NCBI RefSeq assembly: GCF_004103715.1
Contig: NZ_CP035282.1
Span: 772,673-796,672, forward strand
Direction: 5' to 3'
Length of the DNA stretch: 24,000 bases
Source: Acidilutibacter cellobiosedens
Lineage (GTDB): Bacteria > Bacillota > Clostridia > Tissierellales > Acidilutibacteraceae
Positions within the stretch are counted from its first letter, which is position 1. The number at the start of each line of letters is the position of its first letter. The notes under the pieces were generated by a model that had not been told where the DNA came from, did not search any database, and was given only the letters and a program-made list of their open reading frames with translations. Below are positions 16,336 to 24,000 of the stretch, piece by piece. A program made the translations under genes and the position numbers.

Positions 16336-16390
16336 AAATAGACTAAAAATTGCAAGATTTAAATCTTGCAATTTTTAGTCTATTTATATA
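16336..16390 (+). terminator. Rho-independent terminator after hpf (perfect 50-bp palindrome)
   Basis: Positions 16336-16360 are exactly complementary to 16361-16385 (...ATAGACTAAAAATTGCAAGATTT|AAATCTTGCAATTTTTAGTCTAT...). T-rich sequence follows. Confidence 0.85.
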
Positions 16391-16472
16391 TATTTGGAAA
16401 ACAATATTTTTTAAAAAAGATATAATAGTGAAATCGTTAAATTTACTGATTTAGACATAATACTTATTTGTA

Positions 16473-16501
16473 TTGATAAGAAATCACATAAGTGATAAAA
16501 T
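16473..16501 (+). promoter_or_regulatory. Candidate sigma-A promoter for secA-prfB
   Basis: TTGATA (16473-16478), a 17-nt spacer, then TAAAAT (16496-16501). It lies ~43 nt upstream of the secA ATG. Confidence 0.45.
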
Positions 16502-16543
16502 TAGAAAATAGGCAACAGTTAATTTTAAGAGGTGATTAAAAAC

Positions 16544-19282
16544 ATGACAAGTTTTTTTAAAAAAATTGCTAATTTTTATAGCGACAAGGAACTGAAAAAG
16601 ATTACACCTATAGTAGACAAAATAGAATCTTTCGATAAAGATACGGAAAGACTTTCGGATGGAGAACTTAAAGGGAAAACAGAAGAATTTAAAGATAGAT
16701 ATAAAAAGGGAGAAAGTATTGATAGTTTGTTACCTGAAGCTTTTGCTGTAGTAAGGGAAGCTTCTAAGAGAGTTCTTGGATTGAAACATTTTAGAGTACA
16801 GCTGTATGGAGGAATTATTCTTCATCAAGGTAGAATAGCTGAGATGAAAACCGGTGAAGGAAAAACTCTTGTTGCCACTCTTCCTGCTTATTTAAATGGG
16901 TTGACCGGTGAAGGGGTTCATATCGTGACAGTAAATGATTATTTGGCAAAAAGAGACAGACAGTGGATGGGAAAGGTTTATGAATTTTTAGGACTTTCTG
17001 TGGGATGTATTCTCCATGATATGGACAATAAAGAAAGAAGAAATGCTTATAATTGTGATATTACTTACGGAACCAACAATGAATTTGGGTTTGATTATTT
17101 AAGAGATAACATGGTCATATATAAAGAAGAGATGGTTCAAAGAGGACTAAATTATTCTATAGTGGATGAAGTGGACAGCATACTTATAGATGAAGCAAGA
17201 ACACCGTTGATTATTTCGGGAACTGGAGATAAATCCACGAAATTGTATTATGTAGCGGATAATTTTGTCGGTCTCCTTGAAGGCAGGATAATAAGTCCTG
17301 ATGAGGGCAGAACGGATATCTTTGAGAGAGAGATAAAGGAAGAGACAGTAGACTATGTTGTAGATGAAAAATCAAGGACAGTAAATCTGACGGAAAAGGG
17401 AACTAAAAAAGCTGAAAATTTCTTCGGGCTGGAAAATTTAGCGGATGTTGAAAATATGGAAATTGCTCATCATATAAATCAGGCTTTAAAGGCAAAATAT
17501 TTAATGAAGAGGGATATCGACTATGTAGTTAAAGACGGAGAAGTTATAATCGTAGATGAGTTTACAGGAAGGCTTATGTATGGGAGAAGATATAGCGATG
17601 GCCTTCACCAAGCAATTGAAGCAAAAGAAAAACTGGAAGTAAAAAGCGAGTCAAAAACTCTTGCCACCATTACATTTCAGAATTATTTTAGAATGTATAA
17701 AAAACTTGCAGGTATGACAGGTACCGCTAAAACCGAAGAGGACGAATTTAGAGAAATATATAATATTGATGTAGTGGAGATACCTACTAATATGCCTGTT
17801 ATAAGAGAAGATCTTCATGATGTTATATATAAAACTGAAGAGGCTAAATTTAATGCTGTAGTAAAAGATATAGAAGAAAGACATTCCAAAGGTCAACCTG
17901 TGCTGGTGGGAACCATATCAATAGAGAAGAGTGAGCGCCTTAGCAAAATGTTGGCTAAGGAAAGAATTCCTCATCAAGTATTAAATGCTAAATATCATGA
18001 AAAAGAAGCGGAAATAGTATCTCAAGCAGGAAGATTGAATTCGGTTACTATTGCAACAAATATGGCAGGGCGTGGTACTGATATTGTTTTAGGCGGTAAT
18101 CCTGAATATCTTTCGAAAATCGAGATGAAAAAGAAGGGGTACAGCGATCACGTTATATCCTTGGTTGACAGCTTTGCGGAAACGGATGATCCAGAAATAA
18201 TAGAAGCTAAGAAGGCATATAATGATATTTTGAAGAAATATAAAGAACAAACGGATAAGGAACATCAGGAGGTAGTTAAAGTCGGAGGGCTTCATATTAT
18301 AGGAACGGAAAGACATGAGTCAAGAAGAATTGATAATCAGTTGAGAGGTCGTTCAGGAAGGCAAGGGGACCCAGGTTCATCAAGATTTTATATTTCTCTT
18401 GAAGATGATCTTATGAGGCTATTCGGAGGCGAGAGGATAAAAAGCATGGTAGAAAGCTTAAATATGCCTGATGATGAACCTCTTGAACACAAAATTCTTA
18501 CAAAGTCCATAGAAAATGCTCAGAAGAAAGTGGAAGGAAACAATTTTGGAATAAGAAAGCATGTTCTTCAATATGATGATGTTATGAATAAACAAAGAGA
18601 AGTGATGTATGGAGAAAGAAGAAAGGTTTTGTATGGAGAAAATCTTAAAAGTTATATCTTATCTATGATTAAAACTATAATAGAAAGTTCTGTAGATATG
18701 TATTCCGATGGGAATAAATTGGCAAAGGATTGGAATTTGGAAGGTATGAAAAATTACCTTGAAACTATATTTCCTCTAAAGATAGCTGATGAATCGGAAA
18801 CTTTAGAATTGGATAAGGAAAAGTTCGTTGAAAAACTATATAATACCGCTGAGGAATTATATAATAAGAAGGAAAAAGAAATAGGAGAGGAAAGATTCAG
18901 AGAAATTGAAAGAATAATTCTCCTTCAAGTAGTGGACAGAAGATGGATGGATCATATAGACGCTATGGATCAATTAAAACAGGGGATAGGTCTTAGAGCT
19001 TATGGTCAGCAGGATCCTGTAATGGCATATCAGACAGAGGGATTTGATATGTTTGAAGAAATGACTAAGAATATTCAGGAGGATACTGTTAAATTTTTAT
19101 TCCATATTGAATCTCCCGACAAGATGGAGAGGAAGAGAATAGCGAAAGCTACTTCGACTAATATTGACGGAGGAGATAAAAAAGGAAAGACCATAGTAAA
19201 AGGGAAGAAAATCGGAAGAAATGATCCATGTCCCTGCGGCAGCGGCAAGAAGTATAAAAAATGTTGCGGAAGAAACGAATAA
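16544..19282 (+). CDS. secA: Preprotein translocase ATPase SecA
   Basis: [18 protein letters not shown] (Walker A), the DEAD-like [30 protein letters not shown], and the C-terminal zinc-binding SEC-C motif [17 protein letters not shown] 16544 follows AAGAGGTGA. Confidence 0.97.
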   Translation: MTSFFKKIANFYSDKELKKITPIVDKIESFDKDTERLSDGELKGKTEEFKDRYKKGESIDSLLPEAFAVVREASKRVLGLKHFRVQLYGGIILHQGRIAEMKTGEGKTLVATLPAYLNGLTGEGVHIVTVNDYLAKRDRQWMGKVYEFLGLSVGCILHDMDNKERRNAYNCDITYGTNNEFGFDYLRDNMVIYKEEMVQRGLNYSIVDEVDSILIDEARTPLIISGTGDKSTKLYYVADNFVGLLEGRIISPDEGRTDIFEREIKEETVDYVVDEKSRTVNLTEKGTKKAENFFGLENLADVENMEIAHHINQALKAKYLMKRDIDYVVKDGEVIIVDEFTGRLMYGRRYSDGLHQAIEAKEKLEVKSESKTLATITFQNYFRMYKKLAGMTGTAKTEEDEFREIYNIDVVEIPTNMPVIREDLHDVIYKTEEAKFNAVVKDIEERHSKGQPVLVGTISIEKSERLSKMLAKERIPHQVLNAKYHEKEAEIVSQAGRLNSVTIATNMAGRGTDIVLGGNPEYLSKIEMKKKGYSDHVISLVDSFAETDDPEIIEAKKAYNDILKKYKEQTDKEHQEVVKVGGLHIIGTERHESRRIDNQLRGRSGRQGDPGSSRFYISLEDDLMRLFGGERIKSMVESLNMPDDEPLEHKILTKSIENAQKKVEGNNFGIRKHVLQYDDVMNKQREVMYGERRKVLYGENLKSYILSMIKTIIESSVDMYSDGNKLAKDWNLEGMKNYLETIFPLKIADESETLELDKEKFVEKLYNTAEELYNKKEKEIGEERFREIERIILLQVVDRRWMDHIDAMDQLKQGIGLRAYGQQDPVMAYQTEGFDMFEEMTKNIQEDTVKFLFHIESPDKMERKRIAKATSTNIDGGDKKGKTIVKGKKIGRNDPCPCGSGKKYKKCCGRNE

Positions 19283-19298
19283 TTGAAGGAGTGATTTA

Positions 19299-20406
19299 AT
19301 GGAAGATATTTATTTATACGTAGAAAAATTAGATAAATTAACAAAGACTTTAAAAGAACTGAGTGTTTCTCTTTGACTTGGAAAATTTAAAAAATAAAGA
19401 AAAGGAGCTTCAAAGTAAAACTTACGGCGGAGATTTTTGGGAAGACACCGATAAGGCTCAGAGAATACTTCAAGAATTAAAAAACATTAAAAACAAAATA
19501 GAGGAATATGAAAAGTTAAAAAAAGGATTGGAAGATATTTCAGTATTGCTGGAGCTCTATAATGAGGAAGAGGATGAAAGTCTGATAAAGGAAGCAGAAG
19601 AATTTTTGAAAACATCGGAAAAAGGAATAGAGGACCTGAAGCTTTCAACTTTCTTCAATGGTGAATTTGATAAAAATGATGCTATTATGTCTATACATCC
19701 GGGGGCAGGAGGATTGGAAGCTCAGGATTGGGCTGAGATGCTTTTGAGGATGTATAAAAGATGGGCAGAAAGAAAGGAATTTAAGGTAGATATACTTGAT
19801 ATTCTTCCGGATACAGAAGGAGGAATAAAAAGTGTTACTTTGATGGTGAGAGGTTTTAATGTTTACGGATATTTGAAATCAGAAAAAGGAGTTCACAGGC
19901 TTGTAAGGATTTCTCCCTTTGATTCATCGGGAAGAAGGCATACTTCTTTTGCCAGTGTAGATGTTTTTCCAGATATAGATGAAAGTATTTCCATAGATAT
20001 AAATCCTGATGATTTAAAAATTGACACCTATAGATCCAGCGGAGCAGGAGGTCAATATGTAAATACAACGGATTCTGCCGTGAGGATCACCCATATACCT
20101 ACTGGAATTACAGTTCAGTGTCAAAATGAGAGGTCTCAACATAGCAATAGATTAACCGCTATGAAAATGTTAAAGGCCAAACTTACTCAATTGGCAAAGG
20201 AAGAACAGAAAGAAAAAATTGAAGATTTACAGGGGAAATATACTCAAATCGCCTGGGGTTCTCAGATAAGATCTTATATATTTCATCCGTATACTCTTGT
20301 AAAAGATCACAGAACAAATGCAGAAGTGGGAGATGCAAACAGAGTAATGGATGGAGATTTAGATTTTTTTATGAATGAGTATTTGAAAATGAAAGTCATT
20401 AAATAA
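19299..20406 (+). CDS. prfB: Peptide chain release factor 2, requiring a programmed +1 ribosomal frameshift (19299..19373 joined to 19375..20406)
   Basis: Frame 0 runs from ATG 19299 (RBS GAAGGAGTGA) and encodes MEDIYLYVEKLDKLTKTLKELSVSL, ending at the in-frame TGA in TCT CTT TGA C. The +1 frame continues DLENLKNKEKELQ... and contains the SPF and GGQ motifs (RISPFDSSGRRHTSFASV, SGAGGQYVNTTDSAV). The ORF track reports only the downstream frame from 19363. Confidence 0.95.
19368..19377 (+). other. prfB autoregulatory +1 frameshift site
   Basis: TCT CTT TGA C: the canonical CUU-UGA-C slippery/stop context is at 19371-19377. Only a weak SD-like GAGTG (19361-19365) lies upstream. Confidence 0.9.
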
Positions 20407-20426
20407 AATATTTCAGAGAATATATT

Positions 20427-20467
20427 AAGTACTTGAACTGCATAATCTGCGGTGAGAGTACTTTTTA
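20427..20467 (+). terminator. Weak candidate terminator after prfB
   Basis: AAGTACT (20427-20433) pairs with AGTACTT (20457-20463), followed by TTT. The stem is only 7 bp and the loop is 23 nt. Confidence 0.3.
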
Positions 20468-20579
20468 ATATAAAATAATTTACCGAATATAGGCTTTAAA
20501 TAAATTTATTTAGAGGAATTATATAAAATTTGTAGAATATTTAATCATACGTGATTTTTTGAAAAGGGAGTGATGGTTT

Positions 20580-22670
20580 TTGAAAATAAGGACGAAGAGG
20601 AAAGGAGAAACAAAAAAGATAAAGACAAATAATAAAAATAATGATATTAAACTGGCTGGAGGAATGGGAAAAAAATTTAAAAATTTAAGGAAAAAAAGTA
20701 TAAAAAATCAGATTGTATTTTTGTTTTTAATATTTACAATAGTACCGGTAATTATGAATGCAATTTTAAGCTATTATTTTATAAGTAATAATGTTATAGA
20801 AAATATAAAAGATTCTAATGTCAGACTTGTATCTTCCTTGTCTGATCAGATTGATAGTTTTATAGAAAATACTTTTAATGTAATCGAGAGCAGTGCAGAA
20901 ACAAACGACTTCATTAGTATGGATAAAACAGAGGGGGAAATAAAACTTAATTCTATAATAAAAAGAACGGAAAATATACTTAGTATTCATATTTATGATA
21001 TGGACGGAAACCCAATAATGTCTACATTAGGAGTAGACAAGGTTAAAAATATAAAAGGTGAATCATGGTTTGATACGGCTAAAAATGGGAAAAGGTGTGT
21101 TACTGATTCTTATCTTGAAGGTAAAGTTCCGGTGGTATCTTTAGTATCACCTCTAAAAAATTCAGTAAATGTCCAAGACGGAATTATAATAGCTAATATA
21201 AATCTTAAAGGACTTACGGACATAGTGCAGAAGCAGAAAATCGGAGAAACGGGAATTACATATATAGTAGACAGTAAAGGAACAATCATAGCTCATCCGG
21301 ATTATAAAGAAAAAGTTATAGAGAGATATAACGGAATAAGTCATAAACTTCAAGGAGCAATAGATGTTTTAAACGAAAAAAATAAAAATAAAAATAATGA
21401 TTTTTATTTAAATGAAAAGGGAAAAGAGGTTCTGGGGTGTTTTACAAAAATTTCTTCAACGGGCTGGGGAATTATATTGGAACAAGACAAGGAAGAAATA
21501 AACGGAATTGTTATGAGCGGGTTCAAAGGTACGATTTATTCAACTATAATAATATTATTTATAGTAATAGCGATATCCGCCTATGAGGCAAAAAAACTTT
21601 CCGATCCAGTAGAAAAACTTGCAGTGGTGGCAGGCAAAATAGGAGAAGGGGATCTGAGAGAAAAAGTTAAGGTGGATTCCGAAAACGAAATCGGACAGCT
21701 TGAAAGATCATTTAATGCGATGGTAGATTCCTTATATGACGTAGTATTAAGTGCTATGGATACTTCTCAGAATGTGAAAACATCATCCAATGAGCTTTTA
21801 GAAAATGCGGATATGGTTATATCCGCAGCATCGGAAATAACAGGGGTTATAGAGGAAGTATCAAAAGGTACGGAAGATCAGATTAAGAAAGTAGATAACA
21901 CTACAAAGGAGTTTTTAGAAATATCTTCAATAGTAAAGGATATTGAAAAGAACTTTTCATATATATTGAATAGTTCAAATAATGCCTACGGAAATGCTAA
22001 GAAAGGTTCTTCGGATGTCCAGGAGACTATAACTTCCATGAACTCAATATCCCAAAAAGTAGTTGACTCTGCCCAAAAAATGAATGTTTTAAAAGAATAT
22101 ACCAATGATATCAATAACACTGTATCACTTATAAATAATATTTCGAAGCAAACTAACTTACTTGCTTTGAATGCAGCAATAGAAGCCGCAAGGGCAGGAG
22201 AAGCCGGAAAGGGGTTTACAGTTGTGGCTGAAGAAGTTAGAAAACTTTCGGAAGAAACGGATAAAGCGTCAAAGAATATAGTAAATGTGACAAATAAAAT
22301 ACAATATGAAACTGACAATGTAATTAAGTCTATGGTGGATGGAGTAACGGAAGTAGAAAAAGGAAACAAAATTATAAAGAGAACTTCCTCTACCTTTGAA
22401 TCAATTATGAAAGGAACGGAGTATGTTACTGTTACAGTGGAGAATTTTAAGAAGATATTGGAAAAACTTTCCGAAGGAATTGAGAATGTAAATTCATCAA
22501 TTAGAGAAGTAAGCAAAATTGCTGAAGAAACTTCTGCAGGAACGGAAACTGTTTTGGCAAGTACGGAAGAACAAGAAGCATATCTTCATTCAATTAAGGA
22601 ATCTGTGGAAAACCTTAAGTCCATGAGTGAGGACTTGGCTCAGATACTCTTAAAATTCAAAATGGAGTAA
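20580..22670 (+). CDS. Methyl-accepting chemotaxis protein (one TM, dCache-type periplasmic domain, second TM, HAMP, MCP signalling domain)
   Basis: Cache-like segments include [23 protein letters not shown] and [20 protein letters not shown]. The HAMP domain reads [24 protein letters not shown]...[12 protein letters not shown]. The highly conserved tip is [36 protein letters not shown]. The start is ambiguous: TTG 20580 has an upstream GGGAG at 9 nt, while ATG 20664 gives the more typical [12 protein letters not shown]-terminus but its SD is only 1 nt away. Confidence 0.9.
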   Translation: MKIRTKRKGETKKIKTNNKNNDIKLAGGMGKKFKNLRKKSIKNQIVFLFLIFTIVPVIMNAILSYYFISNNVIENIKDSNVRLVSSLSDQIDSFIENTFNVIESSAETNDFISMDKTEGEIKLNSIIKRTENILSIHIYDMDGNPIMSTLGVDKVKNIKGESWFDTAKNGKRCVTDSYLEGKVPVVSLVSPLKNSVNVQDGIIIANINLKGLTDIVQKQKIGETGITYIVDSKGTIIAHPDYKEKVIERYNGISHKLQGAIDVLNEKNKNKNNDFYLNEKGKEVLGCFTKISSTGWGIILEQDKEEINGIVMSGFKGTIYSTIIILFIVIAISAYEAKKLSDPVEKLAVVAGKIGEGDLREKVKVDSENEIGQLERSFNAMVDSLYDVVLSAMDTSQNVKTSSNELLENADMVISAASEITGVIEEVSKGTEDQIKKVDNTTKEFLEISSIVKDIEKNFSYILNSSNNAYGNAKKGSSDVQETITSMNSISQKVVDSAQKMNVLKEYTNDINNTVSLINNISKQTNLLALNAAIEAARAGEAGKGFTVVAEEVRKLSEETDKASKNIVNVTNKIQYETDNVIKSMVDGVTEVEKGNKIIKRTSSTFESIMKGTEYVTVTVENFKKILEKLSEGIENVNSSIREVSKIAEETSAGTETVLASTEEQEAYLHSIKESVENLKSMSEDLAQILLKFKME

Positions 22671-22773
22671 AGAACGGAAATGTTAATTGATGTGGTGAAA
22701 AATTATATAAAGAACTTAATTATTTAAAACATTAAAAAACGGTCAGAAAGAGTAATTAAGATTATAAAGTATA

Positions 22774-22840
22774 GGGAGAACTTACTTGGAAAGTGAAAAC
22801 AGAATATTTAACTTTTTAGCAAGAGTTCTCCCGTCTTTTA
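22774..22840 (+). terminator. Hairpin plus U-tract about 100 nt downstream of the MCP gene (probable terminator, large loop)
   Basis: GGGAGAACT (22774-22782) pairs with AGTTCTCCC (22824-22832). An extra CTTG/CAAG segment follows a 2-nt bulge. GTCTTTTA (22833-22840) comes after the stem. Confidence 0.5.
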
Positions 22841-23173
22841 TAACCCATAGGGAACATAATATACCTTAGTGTAAATTTCCTGTAAAATGGGAATAGTTCA
22901 CTTTTAAAATAATTCAGGGAACAGGGGGATGAGTACATCTATCATTGTTAAAGAAAATACTATTTGAGATTTGACATAAATTATATATTGGAAAGGAGAT
23001 GGGGAGTTAACAAGTAGAAACAATGATAGAGGATATTTTAACAGTGAAGTGGGAAATGGCAAATTTCGGTTATTAAAGTGAAATGGTCTGTAATGATTTA
23101 GAAATTTAGAAAGAAGTAGAATTTTTTAAGTATAAGTATATATAAAACCATAATAAAGAAAAGGGGTGGGATT

Positions 23174-24000
23174 ATGTATGGTTTAAGAGAACTTCAGTAT
23201 GAGGAAGGAATACTTTGTGGGATAATGAGTTCCAACCTTGCTAATGGGTATTGTGCTCCTTTCGGAAATTTTATAGAAAAATATTTAGAGAGTGGTGGAG
23301 CTCTTATATATGTTTATAATAAGACAAATAAAAAACCCGATAAAGAATATTTTGAAAGATATTGGGAAATTGATTCGGAATTGTATGAGAAAAAAGGGCA
23401 GCTAATTTTTTTATGTCTTGAGGATCAATTATTATGTAATAAGACTGTAAATATGGAAATGATTGAAAAGCTTTATAGCAATAAAGTAAAAGCCTTAAGA
23501 AAATCTAACTTTAAAAAAATAATTGTTTATATGATACAAGACAGATATTGTGCCTTCAAGATATCGGAAGAAAAAACTTATAATATTCTGAGTATATTAA
23601 AAAGAATAGTTAATAAAGAAAGAGTAATGGCATTGGTTAAATATATAGTAGATGACCTTTCTGAAAGGATTTTTATTAACTTAATATCTTTAAGCGATTA
23701 TTTTATAATAGATGGGCATAATGATTTAAGAGTTTATAATTATTCTGAATTAATTAAAAATACTTTAGAAAATTTGTTTATAAAACAAAACTATGAGGAA
23801 CAGAATATAAAGGAATTGAAAAAAGTAGAAAATTTAAAAAATATGGGGCAGCTTTTCCAGGGAATAATTCATGATTTTAATAATTTACTTTCTACAATTA
23901 TTGGTGTGTCTCAGATATGTATGTTAAAGAGTCCGAGGGAAGGTCTGAATGAGTATTTTAATACTATATATAAAACTTCATTAGACGGAAAAGCAATACT
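23174..24000 (+). CDS. Sensor histidine kinase, 3'-partial, with an unassigned ~210-aa cytoplasmic N-terminal domain
   Basis: ATG 23174 follows AAGGGGTGGG, and the ORF stays open to the window edge, so it is absent from the ORF track. A coiled-coil region (NYEEQNIKELKKVENLKNMGQL) precedes the H-box FQGIIHDFNNLLSTIIGVSQ, with the phospho-acceptor His codon at 23870-23872. No hydrophobic transmembrane segment occurs in the first 275 aa. Confidence 0.8.
   Translation, partial: MYGLRELQYEEGILCGIMSSNLANGYCAPFGNFIEKYLESGGALIYVYNKTNKKPDKEYFERYWEIDSELYEKKGQLIFLCLEDQLLCNKTVNMEMIEKLYSNKVKALRKSNFKKIIVYMIQDRYCAFKISEEKTYNILSILKRIVNKERVMALVKYIVDDLSERIFINLISLSDYFIIDGHNDLRVYNYSELIKNTLENLFIKQNYEEQNIKELKKVENLKNMGQLFQGIIHDFNNLLSTIIGVSQICMLKSPREGLNEYFNTIYKTSLDGKAI

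Noticed and set aside
17651-20068. Minus-strand ORFs 17651..17896, 18089..18316, 19075..19344 and 19856..20068
   Set aside because: They are antisense to secA and prfB, with no independent support.
20482-20490. Possible sigma-D -10 element (ACCGAATAT) upstream of the chemoreceptor gene
   Set aside because: It carries an extra base relative to CCGATAT, and no TAAA lies at the required 15-16 nt spacing upstream. This is not good enough to call.
20766-22516. Minus-strand ORFs 20766..20990, 21162..21353 and 21986..22516
   Set aside because: They are antisense to the MCP gene. The 176-aa one mirrors the Ala/Glu/Ser-rich MCP signalling domain and has no start context.
22671-23173. c-di-GMP (GEMM-I/II) or other known riboswitch next to chemotaxis and signalling genes
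   Set aside because: I could not find the hallmark conserved segments (for example GGCAAACC or GACGCAAAGC for GEMM-I). The region is kept as an unexplained structured region rather than a named RNA.
1-24000. Search for CRISPR arrays, IS elements or transposases, integrases, tRNA/rRNA genes, and defence or toxin-antitoxin modules
   Set aside because: No regularly spaced direct repeats, no terminal inverted repeats flanking a transposase-like ORF, and no cloverleaf-like or rRNA-like conserved sequence were seen. All large ORFs except 7621..9318 have ordinary housekeeping assignments.

Overview
Low-GC, Clostridia/Bacilli-type (Firmicutes) chromosomal segment made up almost entirely of core genes. 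From the left: nagA (5' partial), a malic enzyme, two-subunit class I fumarate hydratase, a probable serine-hydrolase gene remnant, an XRE-cupin regulator, a perR-rubrerythrin pair, a decayed ABC exporter (ATPase remnant plus apparently intact ABC-2 permease), a 565-aa protein I cannot assign, an M3 oligoendopeptidase and a TVP38/DedA-type membrane protein. The right half carries flaG-fliD-fliS-(fliT-like) | hpf | secA-prfB, the same order as the Bacillus subtilis yvyC-fliD-fliS-fliT-yvyD-secA-prfB region, followed by a dCache/HAMP chemoreceptor and the 5' part of a soluble histidine kinase. I found no rRNA, tRNA, CRISPR array, IS/transposase, integrase or recognisable defence or toxin module, and no convincing multi-gene novel system. 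Five things deserve a second look. (1) A head-to-tail cluster of DnaA boxes, three of them perfect TTATCCACA, lies in the 544-bp fliT-hpf spacer with no dnaA in the window. (2) The 565-aa orphan ORF has no motif I can name. (3) A ~500-nt ORF-free, hairpin- and GGGAAC-repeat-containing region precedes a histidine kinase with an unassigned cytoplasmic N-terminal domain. (4) Two cases of gene decay are visible (ABC ATPase, serine hydrolase). (5) A ~100-nt extended hairpin follows rbr. All calls rest on reading the sequence and ORF translations by eye. No database search was run.
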